Shown: positions 46,501-58,500 of the stretch, piece after piece
Layout of the letters: each line of letters opens with the position of its first letter
How positions within the stretch are numbered: the stretch's first letter is position 1
Source: Laetmonice hystrix
Lineage: Eukaryota
Direction: 5' to 3'
Length of the DNA stretch: 64,000 nucleotides
Assembly (NCBI GenBank): GCA_965235115.1
Contig: OZ249439.1
Span: 20,894,001 to 20,958,000 of the forward strand
Translations under genes and position numbers: made by a program
Notes under the pieces: generated by a model
What the model was told of the DNA's origin: nothing
The model's database searches: none
The model's input: the letters and a program-made list of their open reading frames with translations, nothing else

Positions 46501-49500
46501 CATACTGTCCCACGGTCCCAAACATACCGTCCCACGGTCCCAAACATACCGTCCCACGGTCCCAAACATACCGTCCCACGGTCCCAAACATACCGTCCCA
46601 CGGTCCTAAACATACCATGCCTATAGTTTTATTTATCTCTTCCAAGAACGCTGAATCAACACAGCCATACTGAGAATCTGCCTTAACGCGACTATTGTCC
46701 TATGCTGGCAGTAAATTTACGGATGGATTACCATATTCCAGTGTTAGGAGTTAACTTAAACTTTTGAACCCGCTGACTCAGTGCGAGCAACCACTGCTGA
46801 AATATGTGTGGAAAAGACAACATGGTGTATGGAGCAGCCAGGTCGTCGCCCACCCCCCACCCCCCGGCCGCCCGGCGTTGGTACCCGGCGTGGGGCCCCA
46901 CAAACCTCCACACGAGGGTAAATGTTTGGACTTTCCCATGCCCCTATTCCTGCGAAGTCCTCAGAACATACACAACAACTGTATGTCACCAGGCACCGGG
47001 TTAGCCATGGAAATTACAAACAGAAGACAGTGAGGACCTATTGGATGGTTTCCGAAGAAAATACGATGGGGGGGGGGGAGGTTAAACAAAAGTAAATTGG
47101 GTTAGATCCATTTGGTCTAGGTGTAATTTGCAACCTGTCGAATATTATTCTCCACAAACAGACGTATACGAGTCTGTCTGGCAGGTGACATTGACATGTC
47201 ACTGCGCCCTGAAGTCAAACTATTCCAAGGTCGTTACATGTCGGTGCCGATGTAAAGTGAATTACCGTGGCGCCTGATCTCGGTGTGTGTTTTCGTCTAA
47301 TTCCAGGTGTTGGCTATGGTATGATCATCATCTCGGCCATTGTCTGTATCTATTACAATGTAATCATCACGTGGGCATTCTACTACCTGTTCAAGTCGTT
47401 CGCCACCACGCTGCCCTGGAGTACGTGTGGTAACCCATGGAACACCCCTCAGTGTGCTGTCGTCTCCAGAGATCACCTTGGAAACGGCACCCTGGAGAAC
47501 TCCACCGCCCTCCCTACCGCCGCCATGACAACCGTTTCCAACCTCCACGATAACGACAGCCTCAGCCTCGTCAACGAGACCCTGAAAAGGAAGATGCCCA
47601 GCGAGGAATTCTGGGAGTGAGTGTTTACAAAATGATTGCTAGGTTTTCCTGTTTGGTCAGCACTCATGCAGGAGGTGGGGGGGGGGGGGGGTCACATTTT
47701 ATGCCCATTTTCCCCTTCAATAGTCCGGCCCAATCCCCCTTTAAGGTTTTTGACATACCGGCTCTGTTTCCCTTTCCCCGCAAAGAGAAGTTGTTTTCAG
47801 TATCAATTAAGTGATAGATCAAAACAAAGTTATAAAACCTATCATTTCGAAGTTACGGCGTTGCCATGGTAACGCTGTGTTGTTTTCCACCAGGAACCAC
47901 GTGCTGCAGATCTCGGACGGCATTGAGAACATGGGCGGTATGAGATGGGAGCTGTTCGGATGTCTGGTCCTCTCCTGGGTGCTTGTCTTCCTCTGTCTCA
48001 TCAAGGGCATCCGCTCCTCCGGCAAGGTCAGTACCTACCTAACCTAACCGAGGATACCCTAAACCTTATATCGTTTACAGGCCTATTTTTACGGCCGCTT
48101 AAACGCTGTGAACCGCCGCTGAATGCAAATTCTTGTAAACGCGCCTTAAAACACTGTAGGCCTATAAAATGTCTTGCCATCTCTCAAGGGCATTATCCAC
48201 TCAGCCGGCCGGCCGGCCAGTCGGTCGGTCGGCTTAGTGGATACATAAGTACAGGTGTTTATGTGTGCGTGAATGGGATCATGCAGTGACGTGTTGGTGT
48301 GTGATGAAGTGTGACGACGAGACGGTTGTGTCTGGTTGACTGGAGCAGACGACGTGCGTGAATGGGATCATGCAGTGACGTGTTGGTGTGTGATGAAGGG
48401 TGACGACGAGACGCTTGTGTCTGGTTGACTGGAGCAGACGACACTTGGCTGACTTGGAGCAGCGGGGGGTCGGCGGCAGTGTTGGCACGCCGCCATCGTC
48501 CCTAACACGCACTCAATGTCTCACTGGGCGCAGACCATTGCTAATGACCGTCCCGACCGTCACATTACAGAGCCACCTGACTAATTCCGAGAATCAGAAA
48601 CATTTAATGGTTGTGTGCTGCCGACTTGCATGGTTAATCCTGCTTTGCTGTCAGACTTATCTTTGTTCACAACAAATGACTGGCGTGAATGGCTGAGGTT
48701 GAATGACTTGTTGAAGCATGGAGACCTTGCAAAGGTCCCGCCGGTAGGATGACATTGGCTGGCATTGCCAAGGTGAGGGGTGGGTGGTGATTGTCTTAGA
48801 AAGATTCGGCTATTAGTGGGCCGGTTTCGGCGAAAATAGATCCTGAGAGTGGTAATTTGACAATGTCATGCAGGTTTGTGTGAATGTGAAAAGGGAATGT
48901 GAAATGTGACAAGTCGTGGTACTTAAGGTTCTGAGGGAACCAAAGCGAACAGATGGCAAAGGTTCTGAGAGAATCCTTCCTGGTGACGGAACCAAAGGAA
49001 CAGAGGGCGAATGTTCTGAAGGAATCCCGCCTGGTGAGGGAACCAAAGCAAACAGATGGCGAAGGTTCTGACAGAATCCCGCCTGGTGAGGGAACCAAAG
49101 CAAACAGATGGCGAAGGTTCTGACAGAATCCCGCCTGGTGAGGGAACCAAAGCAAACAGATGACAAAGGTTCTGACAGAATCCCGCCTGGTGACGGAACC
49201 AAAGCAAACAGATGGCAAAGGTTCTGACAGAATCCCGCCTAGTGACGGAACCAAAGGAACAGAGGGCGAATGTTCTGAAGGAATCCCGCCTGGTGAGGGA
49301 ACCAAAGCAAACAGATAGCGAAGGTTCTGACAGAATCCCGCCTGGTGAGGGAACCAAAGCAAACAGATGACAAAGGTTCTGACAGAATCCCGCCTGGTGA
49401 CGGAACCAAAGCAAACAGATGGCAAAGGTTCTGACAGAATCCCGCCTAGTGACGGAACCAAAGGAACAGAGGGCGAATGTTCTGACAGAATTCCGCCTGG

Positions 49501-52500
49501 TGAGGGAACCAAAGCAAACAGATGGCGAAGGTTCTGACAGAATCCCGCCTGGTGAGGGAACCAAAGCAAACAGATGGCGAAGGCTCTGACAGAATCCCGC
49601 CTGGTGAGGGAACCAAAGCAAACAGATGGCGAAGGTTCTGACAGAATCCCGGCTGGTGAGGGAACCAAAGCAAACAGATGGCGAAGATTCTGACAGAATT
49701 CCGCCTGGTGGGGGAACCAAAGCAAACAGATGGCAAAGGTTCTGACAGAATCCCGCCTGGTGACGGAATCAAAGCAAACAGATGGCAAAGGTTCTGACAG
49801 AATCCCGCCTGGTGACGAAACCAAAGCGAACCGATGGCGGGATAACGAATCAAGTTTTAATAAAAGTAACACTCTAGATTGACATTTTCTCTGTCTGGTG
49901 CTCCTCACTGACCAGTCTGTAAATGTCAGCTTGTTCCATTTTAAACACTGACATTATTGTGCCGATATTCAAGGTGGTCCAGTAACGTAGTGGCCAAGTA
50001 CACACGATCCCAGACGATGTTTGTCTGCACTGAATGATGTGAGCCAGAGTTGTGGGCCAGCCTCAAGAAGGAAGTCAAATATAATTTGTAGTCTGTGTCC
50101 CCGCCTAGTTGACACTGAATTGATGCTCTTGTTCACCCAGTTAAAGTAGGACTCGGTAAACGTGGAAATTTCCTATCATGGTGCGTTCATCTGGTTTTTA
50201 ACCCAGATAAATTATAGCATTATAGCCATGAGGGCATGCGGTCGTTAATATCATCCGCATCCATTGAAAACGATAAAACCTCCGATCTTTATTACGTAGC
50301 CCCCTCCCCCTCCCCCCATAAAGATGAACCTAGTCCTGTTTCAACATAATTGGCATACCGTCAGTATGTAGACAGAAGTCGTTTAGATGTTTCCTGAAAA
50401 GATGTGTTTGATATGGTTTGTTGACAGGTTGTGTACTTCACGGCTACCTTCCCTTACCTTGTACTCCTGGCTCTCCTGATCCGCGGCGCCACCCTGCCGG
50501 GGGCCATCGACGGAATCAAGTACTATATTATTCCCCAGTGGAAAGAGCTCCTCTCTCTTAGGGTCAGTTTACAACTTGCCACTTATTCAATTGTATCAGT
50601 TAATTCGGCTAGTGGTGTAAAGTTCCAATATCGCACATCAATAGTAACAAACGGTTCAGTTGTTAATCTAGGAATTCAATAAAGTTGGCAAGTTAAAGCT
50701 GATAATGTTGTGTATGTTTCAGGTATGGGGTGAGGCTGCCATGCAGATCTTCTATAGCGTGGGCGCGGCCTGGGGGGCTATCATTACCATGGCTAGCTAT
50801 AACAAGTTCGACAACAATTGTTACCGTGACGCCCGTATCATCCCGCTCCTTAACTGTGGTACATCCGTCTTCGCCGGGTTCGTCATCTTCTCTATCCTCG
50901 GCTTCATGGCTCACGAGGCTGGTACCACCATCCACGAGGTCGTCAGACAAGGTAAGGAGAGCGCAAACTGACAAACTAGGCTCTTTGAAACGGTGTAGGA
51001 TGGTTGTCAAATTTTAACTTTTTATTAGATTTTAAAACAGAAAAGATTTGATTGAAAATCGATAAAGAGTTGTTGTTCTGATTGCCTTATTCTTGGTGTG
51101 TTTGCCGACAGGGCCGGGCCTGGTATTCATTGTGTACCCGGAGGTCGTCTCCCGATTCCCGATCTCCCAGATCTGGTCAGTGATCTTCTTCATGATGCTC
51201 CTGTCCATCGGCGTCGGCTCACAGGTAAGGCCATCCTCCAGCTGTTACCTAGCAACCGCGTCACACCTCGCCTTACACCTGCCCGGACCCCTATCTGACG
51301 AAGGCTGAACTCAGCACGCCATGAATGAGCACATCTTGCCCTCAAGCCTCCCAATCACAACTTGTGTACACGCTGCCCCAGGTTTCTCGGAAACCTGGTC
51401 GCATAGCCACTGGTCTCGTACTGCTTCTAACGCGTTACGGTCTCAAAATAGGCACTTTTCACTTTTCGAAATTAATGTTTTGAACGGTAATCGACTTTTT
51501 TTTTCAGTTTTTCATCTATGGATAATACCCTGGTTTACCTAAAACATAAAACCGAGTTAATTTGATAGGGAGTTCGCCTGTAGTGATACCTGGATCACTC
51601 AGATGAGATTTGGCCAGAAAGATATAAAGTAATCGTTATTGAAAACATCATATTTTTGTTAAAACATGAGAACGTCGTTGCTGGATTACTTATGTTGAAT
51701 TACAACGCAGTATTATCGTTTCTCAAATAGTGTTCAGGAAGAGGGGGGAACGTAATACCTTTTGTATAATACGGCGACCATAAAATCTGTCCGGCATGCT
51801 GAATTGGAAGCAGTAAAGAATCCTTCACAAAATAACGGAACCCCCGAAACCAACCCCGTAATGGTGCTGAGGAAGGGACTGGCCAGGGATATGGTGATAA
51901 AAGCACGTTATCCACTGGGCTGTCTTTACCTGTTATAAGCTTGACGAATATTGTTTTAACATATTGTTTATATACAGTCTGTATATGTGTATATAACATG
52001 TGCCTATAACAAGAATGTGATGCTAGTAAAAAGTATTACATCCAAAAAGGTGTGAGACTGCAGCATGCATTGTCGTTGAAACAGCCCAGTAGAAAATGTG
52101 TCATGGAAGTGCAAGAATTAACTGTGCCACCTTACGTTGAATTTTGGACAACTGTTATTGTGCACTCCAGTCTAGCCTACCTCTTGCCAGTTGCATATCT
52201 TGATTTGAGGCTCGAGCAGAACGTACCCGTTTAGGCTGGTAGTCAATCCACAAAATATCCTTTCACGAGAATGTCTGCTGCAGAGTGACGCGTAGAGGCA
52301 CAGCGCCATCTGGTGTGAATGGTTGTGTAGAACATGAACATGGCGCCACCTGGCGGGTTGACCAGTGGTTATGTCGTCCAGGGCAAGCAACAGACAACGG
52401 CACTTGAATCGTGCCTACTTGGGGCTTTGAAAAAGATCTGCTCATTTACTCGTGCTGTTAAAGAAATGTATGCACCAGTTCACAAAAAGTTCTAAATGTA

Positions 52501-55500
52501 TAACAACATATTCAAATTGAAACTTTTCTTTGAAAATTACCCGTAGATCTTGCAATAAATAGATTAACATCCAAATTTACAGTGTTTCTGCGCATAGGTT
52601 TTTCTCTATTGTCATCGATGAATGCTAACCTACATGATTTCAATGAGGAAAAAGTATTTTGATAAGTCAGTATGCAGGTAACATTGAAATCAATAACTGG
52701 CTTTTCGTAATAAGTGTTTGTCAAGTGAAAGAGCTGAAAGTGAAAAAAGCCTCAGATAAAGGTCCAGGAATGTCAGGTTACTCTTGGAGGTTCTCATTCT
52801 TAATAAAATCTTCTCTAAAACACCCTCAATTTCTGTCAAAACTAAACAAAACTTTTCACCTCCTTTTCTTTTTACAATGTCAGTTTTTATATTTTTCCCC
52901 ATATATTCTATAAAAACTTCTAAAACATTCTAAAAAAGAACTGAAACAAAAACAGACAAAAACATAAAAATCTCAGTTAATATACATGTTGGGCTCAGAT
53001 TAAAATTTAATGGTTTTCGTTTATGAGGTTATAAATGTCCCAACGAGAATATTAACCATACTTAACTTATACAGTGTCCTCCTTTTTGTTGTTTTGTAAA
53101 AGAAATTAATTAATACTACCTTTTTTTATCTACACATGAGAACCTCGGAGGGTAACTAAAATGTTTGAGTGTCCTTGACCTTCAACTGGTGTCTGTGGGT
53201 GGAGATGGCACAGGGTTGTCCTCCCCGTAAAGCCCACACCATCTGAAATACCCACTGCATGTTCCCAGTGTGGCTGCTCTCTCGTGGGCGATATTTTACA
53301 ACAATTGGTGGTTTTATTTTCTTATGTGAATTGGTTTCCAAAATGTCGGGTAGTCTTGGCCCCGGTCATAAGGTTCCCATACGTGTTCTTGGTAAGATGC
53401 TAGTTGAAGGTCAAGTGTAACTTCTGTTCTCCTACCAGTAAGATTTTGATACCATGTCCATGTTAACTGCCTCTTCTTCTTTTTCAGACTGATAGGTATA
53501 TATATATAACGTTAAAAAACGAAACCTATATACCTGGCATTTTGGAAATAAAATCATGAATATTTAAAACATGGAATTATCAAAATTTTGCCAGTAAATA
53601 CAGTCAAATATGAACAGCTTTCACTCGTAGCCTGATCGTGAAGGTAAAGTGTTCTCATTCTCTCTTTGCGTATTGAATATGAAAGAAAACATATTTTTTT
53701 TACCTCAAGGCAAGAAATCTTATGTATATATAGACAAAGCAATAATGCCTTTGCATGCTGTTTCCCCCGATATGAGCAATAAAACTGAATGACAAGAATG
53801 ATAGGATTTATCGGGGTTGTTTGGCATGTAAATCTAGTTGGGCTCCAGTACATTTAATAGCATACGGTCATTATATCACAGAGGTGTTTTTGTGGAACTC
53901 AAGCTGGTGTTCTCCTATTTACAATATACGTTGTAAACCATCTATGATAATATGGAAGGGAGCAAAAAGGGAGATAAATGAAATCAGTTTCTCAAGTGAG
54001 AAAATATAAGAAAGAAGGAAAAAAGACATTGAGCTTTGGAAAGCTGATAAAAATTGAACCAATGAAATGAAGGTTAAGAAGTGAAGTTAAAAAGCAAAAT
54101 CTTCCCGTTAGCCGACCTGTTGGTGAGGCGGTGAACTACTAATGCTTGCTTGATATGTTTGTGCAACAAACTTCTTTAATAGCCAGGAAAAGCATCAACA
54201 TTTGATTGAATTTTCCTTTGTTCGTCGTTCAGTTCAGGCCTCTTCGTATTAGATTCATTAAATTGCCCTTCTGGGCAAAGATGCTTTTCTTAGCTAATGG
54301 TAGCTAACTGTCTAAACGCTGCTTGTTTCCATTTTCCGTCCTTGTGCTTCCGCTTGTCTGTGCACTTCCATTACGTACTATTCGAAAGATTCACGGAAAT
54401 TAAAATTGCACTTTGGGCTACACAAATTTGAAACGTTATTATTCGGGTATATTTTGATTTGATCAATGATCACATTTATTCGATTGAAAGCCTGCCTTGG
54501 TATCTGAATTGACATTGTCTTTGATGTCGCGCCCCGCATACTTTGTTATTTGATAGTACGATGGTGTGATTGGCAGGTGAGAATCTATCATCATCATCAC
54601 TCTATAGATCGTAGTATCCTTAGACTGTGTCGTGTGACTGTCGGTGGTTCGTATACCTAAAGCCAAATCAAACTGCTGCTATACGCCATCTACCGGTATG
54701 TTGTGTCATTACAAGTCTCCCGACCCGACGCTTGCCCAAGCCCGCCTTGGTCCTCTATCGTTTTTGGTTTTTGTTTCTTTCAGGTGTAAAATAATCGTTA
54801 TTTTCAGTTGTCCTGTCTGTTTTTGTAATATGGTGTTCTGTTCGTCGATTTTCTGTTTGTCATGAAACCGTCGTGTTAGTTAGATTTTGAGTTTTGTGTA
54901 TTTATGTTGTAAGCTGTTGCATTGACGTTCAGGGATAGCGTTTACTGGCCCCACAACTCATGTATGTCCTTAATGAACTTAGAAATTAAAATACAAAAAC
55001 TAAAAGGACATGTTTCTATCTACCTAACCTTTCCAAGCATGGTATACTAACCAACTGTATCAGTGGCTTGCAATTTGCAATTAACTTTTTGAAGCTCTAA
55101 TTGAAAAAAGTCAATGTATAGTTATGTATTGACTTTTATCAGTTTAATTTTTGTTTTAAGAAATAAAAAATAAATCAGTTAAATAGAATTGAGAACGACT
55201 ACCAAATGTTTGCCAATAATAGTTCTTCCGTGGAATTGGCAATAATTTAAAGATTGATTCTATCTAAAAACTCCTGATCCAGAACATTTGTGGATGAGGA
55301 AAATGACATGAAGGAAATGAAAGTAATCACAAAACACCAGTCCATAGTTACCGGATGACCAGTAGATAATAACGGAGCCCACTAGAGAAATTACGACAGT
55401 GTGTTCGTAAGGAGGGATGGAAGGGAAGAGAAGGGAGTACTATCTTTAAATGAAGCTCAGAAGTTCCTAACGAAACGTATCTGATGCACATGTCCTGGCT

Positions 55501-58500
55501 CAGAGTGAGACAGTAGAGGTTTGGTTCCTGAATGTGCACACATAGAGCCGCCGACGTTTCTGTCTACATTTATAAGAGTTTGATTTTCCCCCTTTTGTTT
55601 TTAACTTATCTGTTTACCTTAAAAAGGTACTCAATGTAGATAGCGTGAGGTTGAATCAAACCAAAAAAACTTAGCAAATTCTAAATTCATGCCACGTTTT
55701 GACATGAAGAAATTTTGGGACAGATTTGGTTCAATCATATTATTTCATAATCTCGGTTTGAAATAGCTTAAAAAGACCTTTTTTAACCCACTGTTCTCGG
55801 CGCTGTGTGTGCATGTTTTGGAGGTAAGTCGCTACAGGAAGTTAGAGAGAGAAGGAGAGAGAGAGAGAGAGAAAAGAACGGAACCATAAAATCAGTGCAC
55901 AGAAACCTTGAGACAGGTTTTGACGACAACAACCCCTCCTGGGCCAAAGCTCGTCCAAGATGTGGTTTAGAACGGTCAGGTGACAGCACAGTGAGCGCTT
56001 CTTGTGTAGCTGATTGACTGCAGTCTCAGCTGAAGGATGAGTCGGAGAGCGCCAGTGGTGGTCTCAGCACGACTCCAAGGGGGACAGAAGTACCGCCTCT
56101 CATTGGGAGCAGTAATATGTCATTGTGGGAATGTATTTATCTCAGAACACCGGTCTAGCCTTCACTGTGCTGCGACTGCTCAATCTTCTGTCTCTAGAAA
56201 GTTGCTATTTTAAAAAAAATTTGAGTTTTCTTTAAAATTAGTGCCCATGTTTCCTGTTAGGTGGCACTAGTGTTCAGTGAGAGAGCTGGGTGACTGAAGG
56301 GGGAGAGAACGGTGGGTGGATCTCCTGCACAGGTCGAGGACCACTGCACCAATCAGTTTCAACGAAAACCAAATTTATAATCTAATATGAAATTCCATTG
56401 CTTCATCTCGAAAGTATTTTTCTCTTTCTTTTTGTGATAAACTGACTGACGATGTTTACTTATTATCCTGAATGTTATTTACGATGATAAGTTTTACAAG
56501 TCCGTCAAGACATCTTGACAGATATATGTGTGCTCAACAAGTTGAAGCAAAACCGTCCCAAAATTTCCAATATATTATCTTCGGAACAGTATTCAAACAA
56601 AGTCGTATGTGAATGTAAAACACATTCCTCTCAATGTTTTAACATTGTCTTAGGTTGAGCACACTGGAGTGAAAGTTTATAAAGTCATCAATTTCCCTCT
56701 AACTCCTGCTCAGGCTAGGGTAAATACTCATTGCAAGTCTAAGCTCGAAGTCGTTCACTGGCCTATATTATGACATTGCCACGTGTGCTGTTGTAATCGG
56801 AAAAGTGAACTCATGTGCTTTGGGAGGTATTTTGTCAGTGGATGAAGCCGGGAGCCAGAGAGAATAGTGATGACTGTGATCACATGGTGTGTGCAGGGGG
56901 AAATACACTCACCCGGGTCGTCAAATACATCGCCCCCCAACGTATGTCTCACTGGTGCCACTTCATAGCATCACAATGTGCACGTGGAGTCAGAAAATCA
57001 AAAGAAAGATAAAGAATAGATCTAAGGTATCTGAAGGAAAAGGTTTGAGAAGTTATTACGAAATTGCTGGCATAGTCAGAATTCTAAACGCCAAGAGGAC
57101 GCTGCTGTTTTGGATGGTATTTCTGGTTGGATCTCAGGCCGACCTTAGATATGCCGGCTGGGGACGAGCGGGGTTTGGTGCCAGGGGAGGGTTGTTTTTC
57201 GGTGCTGTTGACCAGTGCCTTCGCTATATTTGTATGCTCTTAACGCTGGTCGTTTTTCCGTCTTAAGGTGAAGAAGGGGTTGGCGAGCAACAGGCGCACC
57301 AACGGAGGCCGGCCACCACCTAGGTCTCGTTGTCAATCCTCGTGTATCTGTGGTTGATTCGTTATATATACATTCAATCATACAATTGCTCATATCTTCA
57401 TACACATACCTCTCATCACGCACATGATCACTTCATTGCCATCGCCAGCTGTCGGTCCTCTTTAACACGACCAGGACCGACCCCCAGACCAGACCACCAA
57501 CACCAATATCTCGAACCGATCCTTGCCGACATGAAATTAATTGCTATATCACAAACGTGGGACTCTACGAAAACGTCTAGAGGGGCCCGATGTTTAGGTT
57601 GTATTTGTGGTATTCCTAATCAGAATGTTCACGTGGCACTGACACTATACATTATAGTGCGAGAAATGGAAAGCAGATAGTATAAAATTGCTGTCTCTAA
57701 GTAGAAATAATATGGTCATCAGTTCTATGATTACACCCCTTGTCAGACTAACCAGGAACTAGTTGTTTCTTTGTGTCATTATTGACTCATTTGTCAGCTG
57801 TCTGAATCATGATTTTATACCCGCACCTGTTTGGCTTAACTCTAAAAACAAAATGACTGCAGTGAGATCCATTGCATGATATTTGAAAGTTGTTTGAATC
57901 CAAACTTACCAGTTATGTGTAACCGTTTATAAAAAAAAGGTGACTGATTCAGCCTTGTGAATGTGTTCAAGAAACATTTTCGCATTTTGTTTAAAAGTTC
58001 ATGCCACTTTCATAACAACGCAACTAAAATGATATAATGAATTAATGGGTTTATTGTGTGTTCTGAGAAGCATGATCCGGCCGGCGACGGCTGACGGTCC
58101 TTTCATGACGGTTACTGGTTACTTCCATCGGTCCTGGTCGTGTTGGGGAGCGGTCATAGTTAAAGCATTCCCCAAGTTCTACCCCCTCGTAGCCGCCAAG
58201 CTATAGACAAGTCTTGAGTGCTCAAACTGTCCCACCAGTAACCTTCAGCATTAGTTGACAGTTTACTTCCGTAAGGTATCAACTTCGCGTGTAATCAAAA
58301 AGAGTCGCGGATTTCTGAAAACTTGTAAATATTATAGGAAAAAAAAGAAAAAAAAGAAGAAAGGAGGACTCTTCCAAAAAAAAAGAAGACAAAACATTAG
58401 AGTTTAGTTTCATCTCATTGATCTGGCTTGCCCCAACCTCCCGCATATGTTTTCAGGTCTTTAACTCCATGTAAACCGTGTCTTGGTTCTGGGCTCTGGA

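Noticed and set aside
46264-46673. Seven overlapping ORFs on both strands
   Set aside because: All derive from the 22-bp tandem repeat.
48925-49840. CRISPR-like array (also considered for 11764-12038, 29865-30914, 33262-33534, 46410-46616)
   Set aside because: Units are contiguous with no unique spacers, there are no cas genes, and the context is eukaryotic intron or intergenic DNA; these are minisatellites.
48796-49908. Long minus-strand ORFs (370, 265, 135, 129 aa)
   Set aside because: Translations of the 52-bp repeat in several frames; no domain content.
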